A stretch of DNA of 64,000 nt from Clostridia bacterium (lineage in GTDB: Bacteria; Bacillota; Clostridia; TANB77; CAG-465). Shown here piece after piece: positions 1 to 8,846 of the stretch; the first letter of the stretch is position 1; every line of letters starts with the position of its first letter. The notes under the pieces are model-generated. The model ran no database searches, was not told the DNA's origin, and was given only the letters and a program-made list of their open reading frames with translations. Made by a program: the position numbers and the translations under genes. Location: the NCBI GenBank assembly GCA_051886195.1, contig JBJEXW010000043.1:20279-84278 (forward strand), written 5' to 3'.

Positions 1-1374
1 TATTTTATCTTCTGCATCTCTATTTCTATCTTCAATTATATTTTGTAATTCTTCTGATGTTTTATCTTCTATATTATTTACTTTTCTCAAACTTGCAAAG
101 AAATTTGAATCACTTCTCTCTTCTTCTTTATCCACATCTTTCTTTGTTTGTGAAAGTGTAGATTGTTCAGGCATTTTTTCTATATTTTCATCATATACCC
201 TTTTATCTCTTTGTGCATCTCCAATTTTTTTGGCTGTACTTAAATCTCCTTTTTCTAAAGACTCCCTTTGTTCAATACTTGATTGTTCAAAATTTCTAGC
301 ATCTCTTTGCTTTTGTGTTTCTTCTACGTCATAAACTTTTTCTGCCATCTTAGATTCTGTAACTGTTTGAATTTTATTATTTTTTTCTTCAAATCTACTA
401 TTAATTGCAGTTTTTTCTTCTAAATGTGCCTCTTTAGCAAGTTTTTCATTTTCACCTTGTATTTGTAAATCCTTTGTATATTCCGCAAGTGATGGAATGT
501 TTTGTATTAGATCCAAATTTGCCTCTTTATATGCTTGTTTATATAATGCTTTTTCATATGGCGACTTAGTAGGATCTTTCAATGCTTTTATGTACTTTTT
601 ATATTCTTCTTCTCTTCTTACATATAACTCATTAATTCTTCTTGCCCTTGCGTCTGTATTACTTTCAATTCCTTTTTGATTGTAATCAAACTCAGACTTA
701 AACTCAGCTTTTTCATTTTTAATTTTTTCTACTTGTGATATATCTTTTCCTGTATGATTATGATATAACAAATCTATTTTTTCTAAGTTTTTTTCCATAG
801 CTATTATTTCAATAGCCTCTTTAGTACCAAGTCCTATAGCCATACTCTCAAATTGTGCATTTTTGATTTTCATAACATTTGAAGCATAATCTTTATACAT
901 TCTTTTATATGTAGCTTCATAAATTCTTGATTGAAGTTCTTTTTTCTTGTCTTTTGTATCAGGTAATTTACCTTTTTGTTTTTGCTCTTTTTGCTCTTCA
1001 ACTAAATCTTTTTTAACTTTATCTTTTGTATCTTTATCTACACCCTCAAGAGATTCTTCTACTTCTTTATCTATTACATTTTTTTCATTTTGCTCTTGTT
1101 CTAAAGCAAATTTATTTAAATCATCTTGGGATAGTTTTAAATACTTTTTCATTAATTCTGCTTGAATGTCATGGTTATTAACTTTAGCATATTTTTCAAG
1201 TATTTGATCATTAATATCTAGTGTCTCTTTAAATTTTTTACTAGTATTTTGCCCTATATCTATATATGCTTCTTGAACTACTTTTCTTCCTCCATACTTT
1301 GATATAATCTGCTCATTAATGCTATCTATATTAACAGTATTTTGTCTATTAAAAAATCTATCAAAAAAGCCCAT
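1..1374 (-). CDS. Hypothetical Lys/Glu-rich, probably coiled-coil protein; N-terminal 458 codons only, C-terminus runs off the left edge
   Basis: My translation of the reverse strand is open from ATG 1374..1372 to base 1 (MGFFDRFFNRQNTVNIDSINEQ...). A GAAAGAAGAGGGG Shine-Dalgarno precedes the ATG. The ORF is missing from the supplied track only because no stop lies in the window. No catalytic motif recognised. Confidence 0.6.
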   Translation of the reverse strand, partial: MGFFDRFFNRQNTVNIDSINEQIISKYGGRKVVQEAYIDIGQNTSKKFKETLDINDQILEKYAKVNNHDIQAELMKKYLKLSQDDLNKFALEQEQNEKNVIDKEVEESLEGVDKDTKDKVKKDLVEEQKEQKQKGKLPDTKDKKKELQSRIYEATYKRMYKDYASNVMKIKNAQFESMAIGLGTKEAIEIIAMEKNLEKIDLLYHNHTGKDISQVEKIKNEKAEFKSEFDYNQKGIESNTDARARRINELYVRREEEYKKYIKALKDPTKSPYEKALYKQAYKEANLDLIQNIPSLAEYTKDLQIQGENEKLAKEAHLEEKTAINSRFEEKNNKIQTVTESKMAEKVYDVEETQKQRDARNFEQSSIEQRESLEKGDLSTAKKIGDAQRDKRVYDENIEKMPEQSTLSQTKKDVDKEEERSDSNFFASLRKVNNIEDKTSEELQNIIEDRNRDAEDKI

Positions 1375-1434
1375 AATATCCCCTCTTCTTTCAGTCTTAT
1401 TCTACTATATATACAATTAAATTTCAAGTGTTAA

Positions 1435-2190
1435 TTAAAACTCTAAATCTAATTCTATTGGACAATGATCACTTCCAAAAACTTCTGTATGAATTTTGGC
1501 ATCCTTAATTCTTTCTTTTAAATTTTCAGATACTATAAAATAGTCTATTCTCCAACCAATATTTTTTTCTCTAGCTTGTCTCATATAAGACCACCAAGAA
1601 TATTCAATTTTTTCTGGATATAAATATCTATAAGTATCAATAAATCCAGATGAAAGTAACTTAGTCATTTTTTCTCGCTCTTGATCTGTAAAGCCCGCAC
1701 TAAAATGATTTGTCTTTGGATTTTTTATATCAATCTCCTCATGTGCTACATTTAAATCTCCACAATATACAATTGGCTTTTTTTCTTCTAATTTTTTAAA
1801 ATATTTAAGCATTTCATCTTCCCATACCATTCTGTAATCTAATCTTTCTAGCTCTCTTTTAGAATTTGGGGTATAGCAACAAACAAAATAGAAATCATTA
1901 TACTCAAGTGTTATTATTCTTCCTTCCTGATCATGTTCTTCTATTCCAAGTCCATAAGTAACACTTAAGGGTTTTTGCTTTGTAAATACCATTGTTCCAG
2001 AGTATCCTTTTTTTACAGCGCTATTCATATATCTATAGTATCCATCAAATTGAATTGTATCTGCTTGTTCTTCTTGAAGTTTAGTCTCTTGTATGCAAAA
2101 TATATCTGCATTAATTTCGTTAAAAAAGTCATTAAATCCTTTAGCAATACATGCTCTTATTCCATTTACATTCCATGATATTAATTTCAT
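1435..2190 (-). CDS. exoA: Exodeoxyribonuclease III (AP endonuclease, ExoIII/Xth family)
   Basis: 251 aa. MKLISWNVNGIRA at the N-terminus and GSDHCPIELDL at the C-terminus are typical of ExoIII-family nucleases. The start abuts the rnhB stop, with AAAGGAGG inside the rnhB 3' end. Confidence 0.9.
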   Translation of the reverse strand: MKLISWNVNGIRACIAKGFNDFFNEINADIFCIQETKLQEEQADTIQFDGYYRYMNSAVKKGYSGTMVFTKQKPLSVTYGLGIEEHDQEGRIITLEYNDFYFVCCYTPNSKRELERLDYRMVWEDEMLKYFKKLEEKKPIVYCGDLNVAHEEIDIKNPKTNHFSAGFTDQEREKMTKLLSSGFIDTYRYLYPEKIEYSWWSYMRQAREKNIGWRIDYFIVSENLKERIKDAKIHTEVFGSDHCPIELDLEF

Positions 2191-2826
2191 TTATTTTTCC
2201 TCCTTTATAAACTTAGAACAAAAACTTGGTCTATGAATTGGGGTAAGTCCATATTTTCCAATTGCCTCAATATGAGCTTTTGTTCCATATCCCTTATGTT
2301 TGGCAAATCCGTATTCTGGATAATCTTTGTCCCATTTTATTAGCATTCTATCTCTTGTTACTTTAGCAATAATAGATGCTGCAGCAATTGATTCAGACTT
2401 TGCATCACCAGATATAACAGTTTGTGCATTTATATCTACATCTATCATTTGATTTCCATCAATTAAAACAAATTCAGGTTTTATACTTAAATTTTCAATT
2501 GCTTGTTTCATAGCTATTTTTGTTGCATTTAATATATTTACTTTTTCTATAGTCTCTACGTCACTAATTCCAACGCCTACTGCGAGTGCTTTTTGCATTA
2601 TGACATCATATAATAATTCTCTTTTTTTCTCAGATAATTTTTTTGAATCATTTACTCCCTCTATTTTATCTTCTGGCTTTAAAATTACAGCAGCAGCTAC
2701 TACAGGACCACATAAAGGACCTCTTCCCGCCTCATCTACACCACATATTAGCTTATATCCTTTATAATATAATCCTTCTTCTATCTCTAACATATGTTGT
2801 AGTCTCTCATCCTCTTTTTCCTTCAT
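2191..2826 (-). CDS. rnhB: Ribonuclease HII
   Basis: 211 aa with the RNase HII active-site block GVDEAGRGPLCGPVVAAAV and DSKKLS. Confidence 0.92.
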   Translation of the reverse strand: MKEKEDERLQHMLEIEEGLYYKGYKLICGVDEAGRGPLCGPVVAAAVILKPEDKIEGVNDSKKLSEKKRELLYDVIMQKALAVGVGISDVETIEKVNILNATKIAMKQAIENLSIKPEFVLIDGNQMIDVDINAQTVISGDAKSESIAAASIIAKVTRDRMLIKWDKDYPEYGFAKHKGYGTKAHIEAIGKYGLTPIHRPSFCSKFIKEEK

Positions 2827-2888
2827 AATTATACCTCACAATCATTTTTCATTATATAACAATATTTGAAAAAAGTATATAATTAAAA

Positions 2889-2926
2889 AGAAAAAAAATA
2901 AAAGTGTCTAAAAAATATTAGACACT
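2889..2926 (-). terminator. Intrinsic terminator after rsmI
   Basis: Stem AGTGTCTAA / TTAGACACT (2903-2911 / 2918-2926), followed on the minus strand by TTTATTTTTTTT. Confidence 0.7.
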
Positions 2927-2932
2927 AATTTG

Positions 2933-3787
2933 TTATAATTCTATACATTTTTTATACACTTCATTTTTATTTACACCAAGTTCTTTTGCTACTTTTTTTA
3001 TTGCTTCTTTCTTATCTATTCCGTCATTCATATATTCTTTGACAAGCTCTATAGGATCAATCTTTTCTAATTCTTCTTTTCTTTTTTGTTCAAGTTCAAT
3101 CTCAGATTTTCCTTCAACAATTAACACTATTTCTCCTTTTATTCCATTTTTTTCAATATTTGAAATTGCCTCTTTAAATGTAGTATGTTTATATTCTTCG
3201 TGTATTTTGGTAAGTTCACGGCAAATGCATATATTTCTGTTTCCAAGTACTTCATACATATCCTTTAATGTATATAGTATCTTATGTGGTGCTTCATAAA
3301 AAATCATTGTACGAATCTCATCTTTTAATTCATTTAGTCTTTTAATTCTTTGCTTTTTGCTAACAGACAAAAATCCCTCAAAAGTAAATCTAGTAGAATC
3401 CATGCCTGAACGTACAATTGCAGTAATAAGTGCAGTTACTCCGGGCACTACTTCTATATCATATTCATTTTTTACTAAATATTTAACCAATCCTTGTCCT
3501 GGATCAGATATGATTGGCATACCTGCATCTGATACTAATGCAATATTTTTTCCTTCATCTAATAAAGAAACAACCATTTGTACTTTATTTTCTTCATTAT
3601 GTCTATGATAACTAATCATGTGCTTTTCAATATTTAAATGATTTAATAATTTTAAAGTCTGCCTTGTATCCTCAGCAAGTATTATATCTACATTTTGTAA
3701 TGTTTCAATTGCTCTTAATGTTATATCCTTTAAATTACCAATAGGGGTACCAACTACATATAGTACTCCCTTTTTATTATTTTGCAT
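2933..3787 (-). CDS. rsmI: 16S rRNA (cytidine1402-2'-O)-methyltransferase RsmI
   Basis: VVGTPIGNLKDITLRA and SDAGMPIISDPG motifs of the tetrapyrrole-methylase-fold RsmI family. Start placed at ATG 3787 (GGGAG 8 nt upstream) rather than the longest-ORF ATG 3802, which lies inside that RBS. Confidence 0.88.
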   Translation of the reverse strand: MQNNKKGVLYVVGTPIGNLKDITLRAIETLQNVDIILAEDTRQTLKLLNHLNIEKHMISYHRHNEENKVQMVVSLLDEGKNIALVSDAGMPIISDPGQGLVKYLVKNEYDIEVVPGVTALITAIVRSGMDSTRFTFEGFLSVSKKQRIKRLNELKDEIRTMIFYEAPHKILYTLKDMYEVLGNRNICICRELTKIHEEYKHTTFKEAISNIEKNGIKGEIVLIVEGKSEIELEQKRKEELEKIDPIELVKEYMNDGIDKKEAIKKVAKELGVNKNEVYKKCIEL

Positions 3788-4508
3788 TATATTCACTCCC
3801 ATATATATTTAAAATTTCTTTTGTGTAATTACCATCTTCATCGTATTCGATAAGTGGAGGTAAAACATCAATTTCATTTCCTCCATAATATACATATTCT
3901 ACCAATACTATACTTGGTTTATTATTTATAGTAGGATAAACAAATCTTATTCTTTTTGGCTCTAAATTAAATTTTCTTGCTTGAGATAATAAGTCAACAA
4001 GTCTTTGAGGTTTATGTACTAAATATAATTTTCCTTTTTGCTTTAAAATCCTAGACGAGCATTCAAACACATCCTCTAAAGTACATTCTTTTTCATGACG
4101 TGCTATATATTTAACATCATTTGTATTTTGAATACCCGTTCCCACTTTTTTATATGGTGGATTACATACCACAATATTTGCCTTTTTATCTAAATTAAAA
4201 TCTTTAATATTAATATTAAAAGGTAATATTTTATCTTCTAAAAAATTAATTTTAATATTTCTAGAAAGTAAATCATACATTTCTTTTTGAAGTTCTACTG
4301 CATATATTTTATCGTACTTTTTCTTTTGAGAAATAATTACTGATATCACTCCACTTCCTGAGCACAAGTCTACAACTATGTTTTTGCTACTATTTGATTC
4401 AATAAAGTTTGCAAGTAAGACACTATCTATTCCAAAGCAAAAATAGTCTGTATTTTGTATTATCTTTTTACCATTTAAATTTAATTCATCAATTCGTTCG
4501 TTATTCAT
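3777..4508 (-). CDS. SAM-dependent N6-adenine methyltransferase, tRNA1(Val) m6A37 TrmN6/YfiC-like
   Basis: SAM-binding VDLCSGSGV and the catalytic VCNPPYKK (NPPY) motif. It overlaps the rsmI start, a common gene pairing. Confidence 0.7.
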   Translation of the reverse strand: MNNERIDELNLNGKKIIQNTDYFCFGIDSVLLANFIESNSSKNIVVDLCSGSGVISVIISQKKKYDKIYAVELQKEMYDLLSRNIKINFLEDKILPFNINIKDFNLDKKANIVVCNPPYKKVGTGIQNTNDVKYIARHEKECTLEDVFECSSRILKQKGKLYLVHKPQRLVDLLSQARKFNLEPKRIRFVYPTINNKPSIVLVEYVYYGGNEIDVLPPLIEYDEDGNYTKEILNIYGSEYNAK

Positions 4509-4609
4509 ATTTTCCTACTTTCTTGACTATATAATTATACAATATTTATATCTTTTTTTCAATAGAAATAGAAATTGATAAAATTTGTACACTTTTTTTG
4601 ATTTTTCTC

Positions 4610-4638
4610 TTTACATTTTAAAAATATGGTGCTATAAT
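4610..4638 (+). promoter_or_regulatory. Sigma-A-type promoter with extended -10
   Basis: TTTACA (4610-4615), 17-nt spacer, TGcTATAAT (4630-4638). Confidence 0.55.
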
Positions 4639-4642
4639 ATAG

Positions 4643-4764
4643 TTACATTAATGTAAAGTACCCAACATACTTTACACACACACCATACTTAATCCCAACA
4701 TATTAAGTATGGAATCCTATAAAGAGTGAGTGGAGTTAAATCTACTCACTCTATTTTGTAATTT
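4643..4764 (+). promoter_or_regulatory. Structured 5' leader or small RNA ending in a terminator-like hairpin, directly upstream of the RluA-family gene RBS
   Basis: Palindrome TTACATTAATGTAA (4643-4656). Hairpins GTAAAGTA/TACTTTAC (4653-4675) and CATACTTAAT/ATTAAGTATG (4684-4711) both have CCCAACA loops. AGAGTGAGT-12 nt-ACTCACTCT is followed by ATTTTGTAATTT (4723-4764). Confidence 0.4.
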
Positions 4765-4776
4765 AAAGGAGAATAA

Positions 4777-5703
4777 ATGGAAATTAAATATACTGCTTTA
4801 GAAATAGATGAAGGAAAAAATTTAAAAGATATATTAAAAAAAAGATTATATATTTCAAGCGAGCTATTAAAAAAGATTAAATATGCTGATTGTATATTCG
4901 TAAATAATAACAAAGAACATACAAATTACATTGTGCATACTAATGATAATATATTCGTAGATTTAGAAAAATATCTTTCAATGAAAACTACTACTAAATT
5001 TGAAGACAAATTTGAATTAATAGATAGACCATTAAACATTTTATATGAAGACGACTATTTACTTATTGTAAATAAGCCAGCAAATATGCCTACTCATCCA
5101 AGTGCAGACAACTATACCAATACTCTATCTAATATAGTAGCAAACTATTTAAAAAAACAAAAAATATATAATATACATATTATTACTAGACTAGATAAAA
5201 ATACAACAGGTATATGCATTTTTGCTAAAAATGAATACATACAAGAATTATTTGTAAAAAAGAAAAATAAAATATCATTAAAAAAAGAATATTTGGCAAT
5301 AGTAAATGGAATAATACCTCAAGAACATGGAATAATTGAAAAAAACATTGATAGAATGAAAAATACTATATTACTTAGAAAAACCGTAGATAGTTCTTGT
5401 GGAGATTATGCAAAAACAGAATATAACGTTATAAATAGAAATTACTCTTTAAACTATAGTGTTGTTAAAGTTATTCTACATACAGGAAGAACTCATCAAA
5501 TAAGAGTTCATATGATAGATATAGGTCATATTCTTTTAGGAGATACTTTATATGCCAATTATTATAACATAAAAGACATAAATAATCTTATTAATAGACA
5601 AGCTTTACATGCACAAAAAGTCTCTTTTTATCATCCAATAACAAATGAGTTTTTATGTATTGAAGCTTCTATTCCGGAAGATATGAAAAAGCTGCTAATA
5701 TAA
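4777..5703 (+). CDS. RluA-family pseudouridine synthase (RluD-like, with N-terminal S4-like region)
   Basis: 308 aa. LLIVNKPANMPTHP, catalytic-Asp block ITRLDKNTTG and HTGRTHQIRVH motifs. AAAGGAG RBS. Confidence 0.85.
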   Translation: MEIKYTALEIDEGKNLKDILKKRLYISSELLKKIKYADCIFVNNNKEHTNYIVHTNDNIFVDLEKYLSMKTTTKFEDKFELIDRPLNILYEDDYLLIVNKPANMPTHPSADNYTNTLSNIVANYLKKQKIYNIHIITRLDKNTTGICIFAKNEYIQELFVKKKNKISLKKEYLAIVNGIIPQEHGIIEKNIDRMKNTILLRKTVDSSCGDYAKTEYNVINRNYSLNYSVVKVILHTGRTHQIRVHMIDIGHILLGDTLYANYYNIKDINNLINRQALHAQKVSFYHPITNEFLCIEASIPEDMKKLLI

Positions 5704-5731
5704 AAAGCCAGGATAATTTAATCCTGGTTTT
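5704..5731. terminator. Bidirectional intrinsic terminator between convergent genes
   Basis: AAAAAG-CCAGGAT-aattta-ATCCTGG-TTTTATT, with A-run and T-run flanks on both sides. Confidence 0.7.
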
Positions 5732-6455
5732 ATTCATCTGTAAAGATACTCTTCACTTTTTTTATGTTTTCAAACTGAATACCTCTCTTTTTAAAAATTT
5801 TATTTGCTAAAGAAATAATTATACTTACTACTCTGCTCTTTCCAATATATACATATGGTGATCCAATCTTATAAGAATTAATAATATCATCAGATAAGTT
5901 ATTTCCTATAACACAAACTTCTCCATTGTATTGCTTAACCATTTCTTTAAACTTTTTCTTCTTATCTTTTTTAAGAACTATCAGTTTCAACTTTTTCTTG
6001 TTTTTAATATCAAGTCCAAGTATATTTTTACTAAGTAGATTTTTAGCATATACATTTTTAGTTACTATTGCAATATCGTAGCCCTTATCTATTATACCAG
6101 ACAAAGTAGTATTATATATACTAAGTAGCTCCGTTCTTGCAATTTTATCATATAATCTGTTATATTCTTTTTTGCATTCTTCAAAAGTATATTCACTAAA
6201 AAGTGAATAAAATGCAAGTCTAAGTTTTAAGCCTGCATAGCCGTTTCCAAATAAATCTAATCTATTAATTTTCCATAAGATATTATCTATTGAATTAATA
6301 ACTCTACTTTCTGGAAATAAACTAGCGATTATTATGTTATCAATTTTTTCAAAGTTTATTAACGTACCATCAAGATCAATAATTAATAACTTTGATTCCT
6401 TAAGCTTGTTTACTGTATCTTTATCATAGTTAGATAAATAATTAGAGTTCGCCAT
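5730..6455 (-). CDS. HAD-superfamily hydrolase
   Basis: 241 aa. Motif I LIIDLDGTLINF (DxDxT) and a C-terminal GNNLSDD motif. AAGAGGTGG RBS. Confidence 0.7.
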   Translation of the reverse strand: MANSNYLSNYDKDTVNKLKESKLLIIDLDGTLINFEKIDNIIIASLFPESRVINSIDNILWKINRLDLFGNGYAGLKLRLAFYSLFSEYTFEECKKEYNRLYDKIARTELLSIYNTTLSGIIDKGYDIAIVTKNVYAKNLLSKNILGLDIKNKKKLKLIVLKKDKKKKFKEMVKQYNGEVCVIGNNLSDDIINSYKIGSPYVYIGKSRVVSIIISLANKIFKKRGIQFENIKKVKSIFTDE

Positions 6456-6481
6456 ATTAGACCACCTCTTTCCCTAAAAAA

Positions 6482-7600
6482 TTACTTTTTGATTATATCA
6501 TTTTTTACATAATTTTTCAAGTATTCATATATGAAATCATCTATTTTGCCATCCATTACAGCTTGAACATTACCTGTTTCATATCCTGTTCTGTGGTCTT
6601 TTACTAAAGTATAAGGGCAAAATACATAAGACCTTATTTGGCTTCCCCATGCATTATCTGAGGTTTCACCCTTAATATTATTCATTTTTTTTTCATAATT
6701 TTCTCTTTCTAATTTATATATTTTAGCTTTAAGCATTTTCATAGCATACTCTCTATTTTGCATCTGAGATCTTTCAGTTTGACATGTAACAACAATACCT
6801 GTTGGTAAATGTCTAAGTCTAACCGCAGAAGATGTTTTATTTACGTGCTGTCCTCCTGCACCACTTGCTCTGTATACATCCATCTCTATATCTTCAGGCC
6901 TAATCTCTACAACAATCTCATCAGATATTTCTGGTATAACTTCAACTGCTGCAAAAGAAGTATGTCGCCTGCTATTTGCATCAAAAGGAGAAATACGAAC
7001 AAGTCTATGAACTCCAGATTCTCCTTTTAAGTATCCGTAGGCATTTTCACCTTTTACCAAGAAAGAAACAGATTTTACTCCTGCTTCCTCTCCATCTTGA
7101 TAATCTAATACCTCTATTTCATATTCATTTCTTTGTGTCCACCTTGTATACATTCTATATAGCATTAAAGCCCAGTCTTGCGATTCAGTTCCACCAGCTC
7201 CTGGATGTATTGTAATTATCGCATTATTTATATCATATTCTTCACAAAGCAGAGTTGTAACTTCAAGTTTTTCTAAATCATTTTCAAGCTTAGCTATTAA
7301 ATTTTTAGCTTCTTTAAAAGAATCACTATCATTTTCTTCTTGAGCAAGTTCTAAATATGTTGATGCATCTTCATATTCTTTCTTTGCATTCTCATATTTT
7401 GATATATCATTTTTTAAAAGCTTCATTTCCGATAGTATTTTAGATGATTTTTCATTATCATTCCAAAATCCACCTTTTAATGTTTCTTTTTCAAGCTCAT
7501 TTAATCTATCTTGTTTTTGAGAAACTTTTATAGCATCTCTTAAAGTAAATAGTTTATCTTTTAGAGAATCTAATGCTAATCTAATACTATCAAAATCCAT
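6482..7600 (-). CDS. prfB: Peptide chain release factor 2, encoded in a single uninterrupted frame
   Basis: SPF tripeptide (RISPFDANSRRHTSFA) and GGQ (SGAGGQHVNKT). Start placed at ATG 7600 (MDFDSIRL...), 2 nt after the upstream stop. The longest ORF begins at 7618. Confidence 0.93.
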   Translation of the reverse strand: MDFDSIRLALDSLKDKLFTLRDAIKVSQKQDRLNELEKETLKGGFWNDNEKSSKILSEMKLLKNDISKYENAKKEYEDASTYLELAQEENDSDSFKEAKNLIAKLENDLEKLEVTTLLCEEYDINNAIITIHPGAGGTESQDWALMLYRMYTRWTQRNEYEIEVLDYQDGEEAGVKSVSFLVKGENAYGYLKGESGVHRLVRISPFDANSRRHTSFAAVEVIPEISDEIVVEIRPEDIEMDVYRASGAGGQHVNKTSSAVRLRHLPTGIVVTCQTERSQMQNREYAMKMLKAKIYKLERENYEKKMNNIKGETSDNAWGSQIRSYVFCPYTLVKDHRTGYETGNVQAVMDGKIDDFIYEYLKNYVKNDIIKK

Positions 7601-7602
7601 TT

Positions 7603-8304
7603 TTATATCACATCCCAAATTTTATCTCTATTTTCTAAATCAGTTGGATTAAAATCAAACTCCAAATACTCGTCTTTTGTTGGATGAAAGAAAGATAAAT
7701 AGTGTGAAAATAATGCTAAATTTTGTCCCACCTTATTTACCTTTTGACCATATTTTATATCACCATATAAAGGATGACCAATATTTGCAAATTGTACTCT
7801 TATTTGATGATGTCGTCCTGTATGTAAATCAATATCTACAAGAGAATAGTCTTTTCCATTATATTTAAAGTTCTTTAACACTTTGTATTCAAGTATTGAC
7901 TCTTTAGAGCCTCTAGTATCTTTATTTACTACCTTTGACATATTAAGCCTTTCATTTTTTATTAGATAGTTTTTTAATTCTATTTTCTTTTCTGATACTG
8001 GAAGAATTCCATTTATTATAGCATAGTATTTCTTTTTTACATTTTTCTGCCTTATATATTCAGAAATTCTTGAAGCAGCCTTTGATGTTTTTGCAAAAAC
8101 CATTACTCCTCCAACCATTCTATCTAGTCTATGTACTAATCCCAAATACACATTTCCAGGCTTATTATATTTTTCTTTTAAATACATCTTAATAATAGTT
8201 AACATATCTATATCCCCAGATTTATCCCCTTGAACAGGAATTCCTGGTTGCTTTACTACAACTATTATGTGATTATCTTCATATAATATTTTCAAATCTT
8301 GCAT
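7603..8304 (-). CDS. RluA-family pseudouridine synthase
   Basis: VVKQPGIPVQ, VHRLDRMVGG and HTGRHHQIRVQ motifs. Start placed at ATG 8304 (GGAG 6 nt upstream, just downstream of the rpmF terminator) instead of the longest ORF at 8337. Confidence 0.85.
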   Translation of the reverse strand: MQDLKILYEDNHIIVVVKQPGIPVQGDKSGDIDMLTIIKMYLKEKYNKPGNVYLGLVHRLDRMVGGVMVFAKTSKAASRISEYIRQKNVKKKYYAIINGILPVSEKKIELKNYLIKNERLNMSKVVNKDTRGSKESILEYKVLKNFKYNGKDYSLVDIDLHTGRHHQIRVQFANIGHPLYGDIKYGQKVNKVGQNLALFSHYLSFFHPTKDEYLEFDFNPTDLENRDKIWDVI

Positions 8305-8321
8305 AATACACTCCAAAATAC

Positions 8322-8348
8322 GAAAAAACTCCACCATAGTGTGGAGTT
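8322..8348 (-). terminator. Intrinsic terminator after rpmF
   Basis: AACTCCAC-6 nt-GTGGAGTT, followed on the minus strand by TTTTTTCG. Confidence 0.65.
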
Positions 8349-8357
8349 ACTTTTAAA

Positions 8358-8552
8358 TTAAGCGTTTTCTTTTTGTTCTTTAATTTCAACTACTTGTTTT
8401 TTATTGTAATATCCACAAGAAGGACATGCTTTGTGTGAAAGTACTGGTTCACCACAATTTGCGCAAGTAGATAAATTTGTTTCTTCTAATTTCCATGTTG
8501 AACGTTTTGTATGTGTTCTTTGTTTTGACCATCTTCTTTTTGGTTGTGCCAT
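8358..8552 (-). CDS. rpmF: 50S ribosomal protein L32 (zinc-ribbon form)
   Basis: 64 aa. MAQPKRRWSKQRT... plus CANCGE...CPSCGYY, giving four Cys. Confidence 0.9.
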   Translation of the reverse strand: MAQPKRRWSKQRTHTKRSTWKLEETNLSTCANCGEPVLSHKACPSCGYYNKKQVVEIKEQKENA

Positions 8553-8846
8553 CTTATATTCCCTCCTTAAAAGCCTTATACGACTATGCTTAGCATAGGT
8601 ATTATCTTTAGAATTAATTTGTTACTCGTATATTATATAATAGTTAAAATAAAAAGTCAAGATTTACTCTAAATTTAATTGCATTTTTTATAATTATTAT
8701 ATTTTTAAATTATTTTATCTAATTATAGAATAATTTATATTTTTATGTAAATTTATGCCTAATACTTTATTTTTATTCTAATATATTGTATAATAATTAA
8801 TGAGTTTTTATGTTTAATATCTAATTTTAATAAAGGAGGTAATTAT

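Noticed and set aside
3787-3802. Longest-ORF starts for several genes: rsmI 3802, RluA 8337, prfB 7618, DUF1294 9567, TVP38 10525, GT4 11579, hypothetical 17559, mazF 21540, deacetylase 36048, DUF4422 42747 and PBP2 61598.
   Set aside because: In each case a downstream start has a properly spaced Shine-Dalgarno, and the upstream codons either overlap the preceding gene or terminator or form the RBS itself. The shorter coordinates were therefore used.
7500-7600. Expected programmed +1 frameshift site in prfB.
   Set aside because: Codon-by-codon reading shows one continuous frame with no CTTTGA and no internal stop. It is reported as an observation rather than a recoding site.
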